DNA of 64,000 bases, from assembly GCF_036971445.1 (NCBI RefSeq), contig NC_091475.1, positions 46,624,001 through 46,688,000 of the forward strand. Direction: 5' to 3'. Source of the DNA: Narcine bancroftii (taxonomy: Eukaryota). Positions 1 through 12,299 of this stretch are shown piece after piece (within the stretch, counting starts at the first letter, position 1; each line of letters begins with the position of its first letter). The position numbers and the translations under genes are program-made. Below the pieces are notes generated by a model that was given only the letters and a program-made list of their open reading frames with translations, had not been told where the DNA came from and searched no databases.

Positions 1-254
1 CTTTTAAAATGTTGTTCAGAAATAATTATTAAGTAGGTGAGACGGAGTCATCAGACTGCCTTTAACTCATGAATTTCTTGTCGATTTGCTTCAAGAGAAA
101 TGTTCTTTCATATGAATGTCACAATTTCCCTCTTCCTTGTTGCCTTGAGGAAACAAAACTTCCACAATGCTTTCAAGAACCCAGACAAGGGTCAGACGAA
201 ATTACCATCAGAATGGTCATGATCCAATGAAGCAATTCTTTTGCTTTCTTTTAC

Positions 255-3200
255 CCAGATATGAGTCAATCAAACATTACCATTCTTCTTCTTTCTTTGG
301 CTTGGCGGACGAAGATTTATGGAGGAGGTAAATGACCACGTCAGCTGCAGGCTCGTTTGTGGCTGACAAGTCCGATGCGGGACAGGCAGACACGGTTGCA
401 GCGGAAAATTGGTTGGTTGGGGTTGGGTGTTGGGTTTTTCCTCCTTTGTCTTTTGTCAGTGAGGTGGGCTCTGCGGTCTTCTTCAAAGGAGGTTGCTGCC
501 CGCCGAACTGTGAGGCGCCAAGATGTACGGTTTGAGGCGATATCAGCCCACTGGCGGTGGTCAATGTGGCAGGCACCAAGAGATTTCTTTAGGCAGTCCA
601 TTACAATTGTCATGGTGGTTCACGGTTTTCCTTGACAAAGAAAAACAGCAGGTGTCCATTTCACAGAGCAATTTCAACTCTCCATTTATCACTTGCTTGA
701 TCAATACTGATTTTAGTTTCATTGTCCCAAAAAAACATGACTCAATAATCAGATGACTTCCCTCTGAACAGAGGTCTTTTCCTTTGGTAAACAATCCATT
801 ATTCTGGTTCTTCATTGAGACCATTAACTCGGTTTATGGCTTGGACTCAGGTGCCTCTGCATCTGTAAAAATGCTGTTACAAAATGTGTTTTTACACCCT
901 GTTCCAATCCCCAAAGTAACTCACTAAAAAAAGAGCACAGGGGCAAATAAAGGAAAAAAAGTATCTTTGTCCCATACATTATAGGGTGTGTATATGTATT
1001 GTTTGTATGTGTGTTATGTCTGTATGAGGTTGCACCGTTATAGCACGATTGTTGAGAATTTTTGCCTTGCAGATGTTGAGTGAAAGGTCCAAATTTTCAC
1101 ATGGTTTAGTATATCAATGGGATGACTTGGAGCTTAGTAAACACAAATATCTACAAAGCACAGCTCAACTATGAGATTGGACTGACATTGGTGCTAGGTG
1201 TAGTCACTGGAGTTAAACATTTCCAATTCTTTCTGAGGATGAGCTGCATTTCCATGAAGGTTGTGGTGATGAGTTGAGTGAGAGAGATGGCTAAGTATCT
1301 TGAGGCAGTGATAGTCTCTTGCTGACTTGTCTTCACTGAGGTTTCAAATGTTGTGGACTGCAATTGTCATCTCGAAACAAAGGAAAAACAGATAGATTTC
1401 TGGAGACAATTGAATTTTGGGAGAGTGCTTCACTGTTGATGGAAACACAGTCTTCGTGAGTTGAAAAGACCATGTATATTGATAAGAGCTGCTTCCTGTA
1501 TTGATCTTGATGTTGTAGCCCAGAGAAGATAATGTGCAGTGTTTTTAGAGGGACAGAAACATGAGTCACTGGGAAGCTTTTAGAATCATCTGTATGTGCC
1601 ATTACAGATACAAAAGTGTTTCACACAACCTCCTTAACCCTATCCACCTTAGACTGGACTTGCAACTGGCCCCAACGTGAATAGACTGGTACAATCTCAG
1701 TCTCCAAGATTATACTGCTACTTTTCCCCTTCCTCTCAGAAGATCTCCAAATCCCAATTATAAAATGGAGACTGCTCCAAGTACCCTCCACCAAACCTGA
1801 AGGTGATAAAAACACAAGGTTCCGTTCTGAATTAGTGCTGCAGACATTTTCTTTAGTTTTAATTATAACTGAGACCCACGATTTCAAACCTTGGCTTCTC
1901 TGCTGCGAATGTAGAATCTGGGCTCAAGAAAGAATTTGGGACTTCAATTATGTAATGTGCCGGGATAATAATCTTATTATTAAATGTGTAAGATAGTAAA
2001 AAGGGATTTTTGTAATCACTCTTCAAAAGCTGTTGAACTAAATTCCCTGAGGAATCTTCCACCATGAGAAGATAGATAACAGTTCATCTTATTTCATGTG
2101 TACCCATCAAGTTTTGTTCAAATTTGCGATCTCTAAAACCACAAAATCAACGACTTTACCAGGAATAAACATTTTTGCTCACATTGAAGGCTACAACTGC
2201 AGAAAATCAACCAACTTTCTCCTCCAAATTTTGCTCATTTGATAACTATAAATTGCATTATTTTCAAAAAATAAATGAAATATGCAATGATACTTCTAAA
2301 GTAAGTGCAATTTCTTAGCATAACAACTTCTAAATCTTTTAAGCTTGTTCTAAGTATAGAAAGATGGTAAATTTGGCAATCACATCCTTTTTTACATTTG
2401 GTTCAAGTTTCACAATACACAGTGTTTACTGTGTACAACTACCTGAGTTCACCAACAAAATAATGCTTTCAGATACTGGGCAGTAATCATTCACAAAAAG
2501 TTTAATTAGTCATATCTTTTTAAACAGATAATTGCCCTTTTATAGAAATTATGACTGTAACACACTTAATTTGCTACATAATTAATGTGCTGTATTCACA
2601 TCTTGTGACCTCAGTGGAAATCAGCATCACATGGAAATTTGATGTGATTTAGACAATATTTTTTTATAGAAAATATTCTCTTTTTATAGACTGAAATCCA
2701 TCACTTACTTTTCTTTTCTAAAGAAAGGCCAATTTATTACCATGAGAGATTCTGAAGTGAGTGGTGAGGACCATACAAACTCTTTGATAGTGAAGGCAGG
2801 TGGGTAGTTTGTTGGGTGCTGCACCCCTTCTACCGCTTACCCTAGGCTTCCGTATGCTTCCACTTCAGGAGACGGTTATCAACGCCAGCCCGAATTCCAA
2901 ATACACCTTCTCATTTTTAAGAAATCCTAAGCTAGTAATTCGCAAAGTCAGTGGGAATGTTGTCTTTTTAATCCAGGACATTCTGAGAACATCCTTGATC
3001 TTTTCCTTTGAACTATTCAGGAGTATGGTGTTGGGAATCCTGGTAATGCAATCTACCCCTCAGAGCTGACTGTGCAACTCGGGTCTCAGTTCCGGGGATG
3101 TCATCTTCAAAGAACACACTGACCGTGCCGATTCTGCCAATGCATTTTGCAGGGTTTGCCAAGGCAGTAGTGGTGATACTTCCCCAATGTCTTGAGATGC

Positions 3201-6200
3201 AGACTGTAGATAATCAAGATCACAGAAGCATAAGAATTATTGCTACCCACCAGACCAGTAGTTTTATTTTTGTCAGATCTGAGGTCTTGATCTTCAAAAC
3301 CCTTTTTCTCAATTGATCAGAGACTGTGGTACTACAATGCAGTCAACATTACTCTCTGCCTTCACTGAGAGGGAGCTCACAATATTTGAGAAGGGGCCCA
3401 TGTGTTCCAGTGTCTCACTGTGAAGTTTTATGGAGCCATTAAAGGTCTGCAGCATGGAAATCGGTCAGTCCCTTGGCCCAACTTCTTCAGAGCAAGCTAG
3501 TCCCATCTGCCTTCCTATTGACATACCTGTGTAAATGTCTTTCAAAAAATACAATTGTCCCCACCTCAGCTCGTTCATATACATAATATGCTTTGTGTGG
3601 AAAGATGCCTCTAAGATCATCATATCCCTCTCACCTTAAAACTTTGGGTCACTAGCTTTAGATTCCCCTATACTGAGGGAGAAAACCTGATTATATACCT
3701 CATCTATGCCCCTTAAGATTTAATAAACCTCAAAGTATTTTGTTGCATCAGCAGTAATCTGACACAGATGGAACTGGGCCTTGGGCTGCTCGAACCAGAT
3801 AAGAAGACTGCACGTTCACATACACTTTGGGGTCATTACTGTAGCGGTGGCAAAGCAACAAAAAAACATAAGGGACGCTATGATCTGACCAGTTTAATGG
3901 CATTCTTAGTCGTTTAACTATCCAAAATTCACGCGATCCCATAACGTGACTCGTGGAAACGTCGTTCCTCCCAGAAGCCTTAATGTCATTAGTCCCTGGG
4001 AAACTCCCAGGCCCGCGGAGGCAAAGTGGCGCGATCTGCCACGACATTCAATGTACTACTGAAATAACACTATCTTTACAATTGGGAGGTCTATTGTCTT
4101 AAAACTAGCATTGGCAACAAAATCCCTGCTCTTTAATAGCAAGCTATACAACTGACTGCAGATAAGAATCATATTACACACTCTGCCACACCATAGCACT
4201 AGGCAACTTAAAACTGGCTATTTAGTCATTTTCTGCTCCACACTTCAGATATAATGGACTGTGGTCACACGAGTAAACAGCGCAATGGAATTGTGATTCA
4301 ATCTTCCAGTCATGCTGTACAAATGCACGCAAAATCTGGAAGTAACTCGCTTGAGCAGAAGCCACAAAGCCAAACGAAATAATTCAAAAGCTACCAGACT
4401 ATTTCCTGTGGATTTTAACAATGTTATAAATAAGTACATAGCACAAAAACAATGTTACCACTTTGAGCATTAATCCTACATCAACCAACTAGGAAATGTG
4501 ACAACAGCAACACTTGTTTGTTTACTGCTGCTGAGCTCCTACATGTGTGAAATCGAGGGGAGGGACATCAAGTTCCAAGTTGTAGCAGTACTGTCCAGTA
4601 AACATTTGCACACTCAACAATCCATGACCTGCTTGCTCAGCATTCTTTACCCATTATTAATGCACTTCACATTATAGTATCTACGATGATCCCTCCTTGT
4701 CATGGTTATGCCCAATGATCACCATTTGACAAAAATGGCACTTAAAACAAAAACATTCACTTGTGGAGCTGGATTTTGGGGCATTCGTAAATATCTCACT
4801 GGATAGAAAGCATTTGAGAGCTTGCACAGGCATGCTTCTAGTTCATTTATAAGAATGGACTCTTCGATAGGATGGAATGTGACCTCTTATCAGTCATTCT
4901 ATGTTTACTGCATTTATTAGTAGGAATTATATATTCAGTCTCTTAAGCCTCTCCCATTCACAATGATTATGACTGACCTTTTACTTCAGCATCATTTTCC
5001 TGCATTAATCTTCTTTCTTCAGTTTCTTTAATATTCATCCTTATGTTTTGAATATACTCAGTAACAGAAACTATAGTCCTATTAAGCTGAGAATTCCAAT
5101 GATGTCTTCAACTCTTGAGTTTCCTCATCCCTGTCCTGATGGCCTATCCTCTAGTTTTAGACTGATGCCCCAAATGTTGAAAAACATCATTCTTGCACCT
5201 ACCCTGCATGGTTATGCAAGGAGTTTGTATGCTTCAATGAGATTACTTCTCTTTATTGGGCCAGTCTGCATAATCTCGCCTCCCAGTATACTACTCAAGA
5301 ATCAATCTTTATTGCACTCCTTCCTTAGGCAAGGACTGTACACAATATTCTAGGTAAAATGGTACAGAGTGGAAATTTACTGATCTTTAACCTAACATCC
5401 AAAATCTCTCACAAAATGATCTCAACGTTTCAAGATTTAATGTAACGCAAGAAAAAAACTCCTTTGCAAGATATCTGATTTTGTGTAAGAACACATGACA
5501 ATTAGTTACCATCTATTGCCATTGCACTTGTAACTACACACTAACTACTTAATTGTGCCTAAACTCCTGCTACATTACTTACACTGTGTTCATCCAGGCT
5601 GCTCTCGCCACAAACATGGATTTTTCCAGCTGTTTCACCCGAAATCAAATTTGATTAAAATTGTTGGGTGGCCAGAAAAGTGGCTTCAGGGCCTTTGTCA
5701 CAGCAGGAGCAGGTTTCCATTAAAAGCACTGGTGGATCTGAGCCAGTCGATGATTATTTATACTACAATTACAAATCCACAATCAGCTGTTGTCATGGCA
5801 CTAAGCACTGACTAAAACTGCTCTGTGGCTCATCAAGAAAATGTTTCTATCGCTAATGTCTGTACTCAAAGACTTCTGTTCTCCCTCACCCATGTTTATT
5901 GGTGAATACCTTGGTCCTGATACACCTCCTAACACAAGTCTCTGGCATTATTGATCTGCTTTTGCTGAGAAATGGCTTCTGTGATACGGATATCCTTTTC
6001 AGCAAGCCTCATTGCAGACATATTCTGTCAGAGTAATGTACAGGAGTGCATGTTTCTCGCAGTTAGGAAAGGAGCCAGTCTGTGTGTAATTGCAGGGTGA
6101 TCTCCCTCCTGTCCGCCCTGGAAAAAGTCATCACCAGGCTCTTCTTAGCTGCCACCTCCCAGTGACTGCACTGATATTTGGTGGGTGGGAGTGTAAAACC

Positions 6201-6580
6201 TATTCCTGTGTTTCAGTGAATGCATTAACAATAGAATTAAACCCCTGTAAATGTTGGTGAGAAATCTTTGATGGCCATCCAATTACAGAATACTACTTCA
6301 CAACCCCTCCTGATTCAAGTCAAAACGTTTTGGCCAAGTTGAAAATGGATATATTTCTGAGTTTTGTGCAATGAAGATCATGTCTATTGACCTCTTGATG
6401 AACAGAATTCACACCGCAATTCAAGGAACAGCACTGCACCCAATGCAAGGTGGCTGGCGAGACGATCCTACACTTACCAGAGATTGCAATCATAATTATG
6501 TTCAGGAAACAGTTGCTATGTTTCCCTGCATATTCCCTTCTTGGATATAGAAGATGAGGTGGCAGATTTGTGACCGACAT
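255..6580 (-). pseudogene. Possible decayed multi-exon gene of unknown identity
   Basis: Exon-like segments with splice consensus at 6580-6478, 6117-5890, 3203-2841 and 862-255, plus frameshifted ORF pieces at ~2255-1170; in-frame stops; one segment interrupted by an RTE. No homolog confirmed. Confidence 0.35.
285..598 (-). mobile_element. 5'-truncated RTE-clade LINE (3' end)
   Basis: ORF tail GACHIDHRQWADIASNR...RIGLVSHKRACS; (GAA)n-like tail; TSD CATTACCATT (275-284) / CATTACAATT (599-608). Confidence 0.88.
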
Positions 6581-7089
6581 TCCTCCTTGCTAAGTTTTGT
6601 AACAGTAGCTATGATTCCAAGAACATGTTTTCAAGTCAGCAGATGGGCTTTTGAAAAGTCTTTTTATTAACATTTCATAATATGCTTATCACAAGGATAG
6701 AAGGCCTTTTTAACATGGTCAGGAACAGCAACAAAACAAAGCATGTTTGCTGTGGGATGAAGTTACTCTTGCTCATAGCTGGGAGAGTCAGTTACACAGC
6801 TCTTTAAATTGTATGGATCATTGGTTTTGCAATGAGGTCTTGTGCTCATCTCTGGTGAAATATTACTCCAAACTGTTAGCTTTCTCTACTTCCTGACAAA
6901 AAGTATGGGGTCTTTTCTAACCCTGATATTCAAGATGCCAAGGACAATCAGTGTGGCTCAATTTAGGATGCAGGCCAGTATTTTTAAGGACTTTGCTGCA
7001 TCCATGAACTCGCGTTTGGGGTGATCATAACCTGCTAGTTGCGTTTTACGAGTGCTGAAGTCACATTGAGACAATACCAACTCATTCTT

Positions 7090-7322
7090 CTGAGACATAC
7101 ATCACATTAACAGGCCTTTCAGCTCACAGATCCGTGCCGCCCAATTATATTCAATTAACCTACATCCCCTATATGTTTCAAATAGTGGGAGGAAACCAGA
7201 GCCCCTGTGGAAAACCCACACAGACATGGGGAGAACGAACAAAATCTTTATAGACAGCGCAGGATTCAAACCTGTCCCGATAAATGACGTTGTAAGGGCG
7301 TTGTGCTAACTGCTACGCCAAT
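7090..7322 (-). mobile_element. HE1/V-SINE-like SINE
   Basis: Core TTCTCCCC.TGTCTG..TGGGTTTTCC..GG.GCTCTGGTTTCCTCCCA; multi-copy in the window. Confidence 0.8.
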
Positions 7323-8091
7323 CACATCTTCCCAAAACCCTCCTGAGGTTGACAGCATTCTTCAGATTTGCCATTTCAACTTATTCTTCAAGCTGACATT
7401 TTCCTGCCACCATCTTGCTCTCTCCCATGAGAGCAATGTCAAAACATCTGAACTTGCAATGGAAGAGGAACATTTATCTGCCATTATGATGATCATGACT
7501 TTCTCGACTGGAACTTCATATTGAGAAGTTATCTGCACAATATTTTAATTACCAGTCAAGCAGACAAACTCCAGCCAATAACATGGCTGAATGTTAGTTA
7601 GTATGGTCAATTATGCATTTTATTCCAGAATTTAGAACTTCAAGGACGTAAAAAGGCAGGGAATGACTAGAAGATTCCTATGCATTATTCAATGCCTATT
7701 TTCAGTTTAGCAGGAAACCAACTCTTGGTATATGCAAAGTATTATTAAATAGGTCAAGGCTAGACAGTTTATGATTTTGTTTTAAACAAGCTTTTTCAAC
7801 TCATTCATTCAAATAATTTAAATTCTAAAAGTTTGCTCACAGGATAAATAAAAATTTGCTTTCAAGGGTAGACTCAAACAGAAACTGAGCCAGCTGCCTT
7901 TGTTAATTCATTATAGCTGAACTTCATAAAGGAGGAGTCCAGATGTGGTTTTCACTTGGGGGGGAGGGGGGAAAAAAAGATGTGTCATGTTTAAGAACTT
8001 AATTATTGCAAGTATTTCTTAACCATTTCAACACAATTAGCTTCTGAACAAAAATGATAAATGACAAAAGGTAACCATTTTCTTCAGAGAT

Positions 8092-8097
8092 TTTATT
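8092..8097 (-). terminator. Candidate distal poly(A) signal (AATAAA) for PRPS2
   Basis: First canonical AATAAA on the minus strand downstream of the stop codon, followed by a U/GU-rich tract (~8045-8070). Proximal ATTAAA variants exist at 10790-10795 and 10801-10806. Confidence 0.4.
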
Positions 8098-8111
8098 TAA
8101 ACCACTAAAAT

Positions 8112-10517
8112 CAGTGGTTCTCAACCTTTTTCTTTCCACTCACATACCACTTTAAATAATCCCTATGCCATAAATGCTCTGTGATTAGTAAGGGATTGCT
8201 TAAGGTGGTCTGTCAGGGGGAAGGGAAGGTTGAGAATCACTGATGAAATATTCTGCTGAAGTAAATTGTCACTGGGCCATTTCCTTTGGAGTTATGAAAC
8301 CGTGCATATGAGTCAATGAGGTACAATTAAAACAGTCAACCTTCCTTCTTTCCACCCACGTGCCGCCTCCAGCAAGCCCTTGCCGTGCCGCCTCCAGCAA
8401 GCCCTTGCCGTGCCGCCTCCAGCAAGCCCTTGCCGTGCCGCCTCCAGCAAGCCCTTGCCGTGCCGCCTCCAGCAAGCCCTTGCCGTGCCGCCTCCAGCAA
8501 GCCCTTGCCGTGCCGCCTCCAGCAAGCCCTTGCCGTGCCGCCTCCAGCAAGCCCTTGCCGTGCCGCCTCCAGCAAGCCCTTGCCGTGCCGCCTCCAGCAA
8601 GCCCTTGCCGTGCCGCCTCCAGCAAGCCCTTGCCGTGCCGCCTCCAGCAAGCCCTTGCCGTGCCGCCTCCAGCAAGCCCTTGCCGTGCCGCCTCCAGCAA
8701 GCCCTTGCCGTGCCGCCTCCAGCAAGCCCTTGCCGTGCCGCCTCCAGCAAGCCCTTGCCGTGCCGCCTCCAGCAAGCCCTTGCCGTGCCGCCTCCAGCAA
8801 GCCCTTGCCGTGCCGCCTCCAGCAAGCCCTTGCCGTGCCGCCTCCAGCAAGCCCTTGCCGTGCCGCCTCCAGCAAGCCCTTGCCGTGCCGCCTCCAGCAA
8901 GCCCTTGCCGTGCCGCCTCCAGCAAGCCCTTGCCGTGCCGCCTCCAGCAAGCCCTTGCCGTGCCGCCTCCAGCAAGCCCTTGCCGTGCCGCCTCCAGCAA
9001 GCCCTTGCCGTGCCGCCTCCAGCAAGCCCTTGCCGTGCCGCCTCCAGCAAGCCCTTGCCGTGCCGCCTCCAGCAAGCCCTTGCCGTGCCGCCTCCAGCAA
9101 GCCCTTGCCGTGCCGCCTCCAGCAAGCCCTTGCCGTGCCGCCTCCAGCAAGCCCTTGCCGTGCCGCCTCCAGCAAGCCCTTGCCGTGCCGCCTCCAGCAA
9201 GCCCTTGCCGTGCCGCCTCCAGCAAGCCCTTGCCGTGCCGCCTCCAGCAAGCCCTTGCCGTGCCGCCTCCAGCAAGCCCTTGCCGTGCCGCCTCCAGCAA
9301 GCCCTTGCCGTGCCGCCTCCAGCAAGCCCTTGCCGTGCCGCCTCCAGCAAGCCCTTGCCGTGCCGCCTCCAGCAAGCCCTTGCCGTGCCGCCTCCAGCAA
9401 GCCCTTGCCGTGCCGCCTCCAGCAAGCCCTTGCCGTGCCGCCTCCAGCAAGCCCTTGCCGTGCCGCCTCCAGCAAGCCCTTGCCGTGCCGCCTCCAGCAA
9501 GCCCTTGCCGTGCCGCCTCCAGCAAGCCCTTGCCGTGCCGCCTCCAGCAAGCCCTTGCCGTGCCGCCTCCAGCAAGCCCTTGCCGTGCCGCCTCCAGCAA
9601 GCCCTTGCCGTGCCGCCTCCAGCAAGCCCTTGCCGTGCCGCCTCCAGCAATCCCTTGCCGTGCCGCCTCCAGCAATCCCTTGCCGTGCCGCCTCCAGCAA
9701 TCCCTTGCCGTGCCGCCTCCAGCAATCCCTTGCCGTGCCGCCTCTAGCAATCCCTTGCCGTGCCGCCTCTAGCAATCCCTTGCCATGCCGCCTCTAGCAA
9801 TCCCTTGCCATACCGCCTCTAGCAATCCCTTGCCATACCGCCTCTAGCAATCCCTTGCCATACCGCCTCTAGCAATCCCTTGCCATACCATCTCTAGCAA
9901 TCCCTTGCCATACCATCTCTAGCAATCCCTTGCTATACCATCTCTAGCAATCCCTTGCTATACCATCTCTAGCAATCCCTTGCTATACCATCTCTAGCAA
10001 TCCCTTGCTATACCATCTCTAGCAATCCCTTGCTATACCATCTCTAGCAATCCCTTGCTATACCATCTCTAGCAATCCCTTGCTATACCATCTCTAGCAA
10101 TCCCTTGCTATACCATCTCTAGCAATCTCTTGCTATACCATCTCTAGCAATCCCTTGCTATACCATCTCTAGCAATCCCTTGCTATACCATCTTTAGCAA
10201 TCCCTTGCTATACCATCTTTAGCAATCCCTTGCTATACCATCTTTAGCAATCCCTTGCTATACCATCTTTAGCAATCCCTTGCTATACCATCTTTAGCAA
10301 TCCCTTGCTATGCCATCTTTAGCAATCCCTTGCTATGCCATCTTTAGCAATCCCTTGCTATGCCATCTTTAGCAATCCCTTGCTATGCCATCTTAAGCAA
10401 TCCCTTGCTATACCATCTTAAGCAATCCCTTGCTATACCATCTTAAGCAATCCATTACTAATCACAGAGCACCTATGGCATAGGGATTACTTAAAAGAAA
10501 AAGGTTGAGAACCATTG
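8112..10517. mobile_element. Composite hAT (Charlie-like) MITE: two inverted ~130-bp arms plus spacer; hosts the minisatellite
   Basis: Termini CAGTGGTTCTCAACC ... GGTTGAGAACCATTG; TSD-like CACTAAAAT / CACTAAAT; same structure without the array at 51894-52228. Confidence 0.85.
8361..10460. repeat. 25-bp minisatellite, 84 units, with polar sequence gradient
   Basis: 51 identical TGCCGCCTCCAGCAAGCCCTTGCCG units (8361-9635), then stepwise variants ending in TACCATCTTAAGCAATCCATTACTA (10436-10460). Confidence 0.98.
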
Positions 10518-11140
10518 CACTAAATTCATTGCAATTTGGTTTCAAATAATTTTTTGTTTCTGAAAATATTGTAGACATCTGAATTCATTCAATGAATTTG
10601 AAACTTTACTGACTAGTTTCTTTCTGTAACTGCAGAATGCAAATAGCTGACTACACCAGAAGATACAAAACAGCTCTTGAATAATCTAATGGAATGTTTG
10701 TTGAGAATGACTGCTTTGCATCTCAAACATTATCCATTTCTCCCCTCAAACATGTTTCATGTAAAAGGAATTTGTATACAATAGCAATATTTAATCAGCT
10801 TTTAATGTAGAACAGCCACATAACAAGAACAATTAAGATTTCATAGAAATTCACTTTAAGAACTTACACTTCGAATAAAGTACAAAAACAGAACCCTGCC
10901 ATTAATACACAGCATATTTTTTTTCTCATAGAAATGGCAATGGTGAGAAGTAAAATCCTGTCCATGACACAAAATGGTTTATAACCACTTCGACTTGCAA
11001 GTCTGGACAGAATATGAACAGCATGTCCTTTGCAAGCTGTGACTGGTTAACTGTATATTCGAGTAAATAATGCGAGTTGCTCAGAAATGAAAAACAATGG
11101 TTAGTCCAACAAAATGTGGGAAAGCTGAAATCTTATCAGC

Positions 11141-11248
<108 letters not shown>

Positions 11249-11310
11249 TCAAGTTAAGTTTATGCAGTCAAAACAATTTCTTATGAAAGCCAAATACAAA
11301 TTATTTTTAC

Positions 11311-11470
11311 CTGAATTTTTGAGCAAATTTTCATTTTTCCTTCTTGTGGAATGGTGTTTGTTACAACAACAGCTTCCAAAGCAGCACTGTTTATTTGATT
11401 AATTGCAGGGCCAGAGAATATACCATGGGTAAGGATAGCATAAACTTTGGTTGCACCAGCACTCAGCAAT
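11311..11470 (-). CDS. PRPS2: PRPS2 coding exon 6 (160 nt)
   Basis: Acceptor CCTGTTTTTAG; [53 protein letters not shown]; donor GTAAAA. Confidence 0.97.
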
Positions 11471-12299
11471 CTAAAAACAGGAGACATGAGAGGGAAGAAG
11501 CTTCAGCAAGTGTACATCAATAAACCGTTTTCTATAAAATTCAAAGGTCCTTGAGCAGCTAAAACAATAGTTGACAAATTTAATGGCTAAAAATTGTATT
11601 TTTACATTGTATTTTACATTATACTTCTTGCCACAGAAACAACAGGATTGTGGCTTTGACGCACTGAACAGTAAAGTGGATTTTTATCATTTCCTATAAA
11701 AAAACTATCCTCGTTTCCAAGAAAGTCATGATGCCACTGGAAGGCAAAGTTTTCACCACCAATATAAGAAGCGCATCCACTCAAAACTGGAAGAGCACAA
11801 GAAAATATGAGAAGGCCACACCAAGCATCTCAAGCCTGCCTCACCATGCAATACATCATGGTCAATCTACACTGGCCTCAACTCCCCACCACAGAGGAAG
11901 TTCCCCAGAATCCTCAATTCCTTGATGTTTTAAATATTAATTTCCACATTCCTCCAAAAAATTTCTTCACACCTATTTTAATTCACCAGCCCCTTATTCT
12001 GCAGCTACATCCTCTTTCTCTTGACTCTACCACAATTGAGTGAAAAACAAAAGTCTGCAGATGCTGTGATTGTAGTAAAAACACACCAAAATGCCAGAGG
12101 AATTCAACTGCTCTAAGTTCCTCCAGCATTTTGGTGCATTTTTACGACATGACTGCAAACATGACATCATCAACCCTGCAAAACCCCCTTTGGATTTCAT
12201 GTGTTTGAACAAGGTCAATCCTCATTCTTTCCTCCTTGAAGGAATGCAGGCCCAACTGTCTAGCTGTTTGATAGGACAACCCACTCTCCCATGAATTGA

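Noticed and set aside
8269-9797. Six long overlapping ORFs (455-493 aa) in all frames
   Set aside because: They result from a stop-free 25-bp repeat (75-nt period); the array derives from a MITE and no unique protein sequence is present.
8361-10460. CRISPR-like array
   Set aside because: Contiguous tandem units with no unique spacers, no cas genes and a eukaryotic context.
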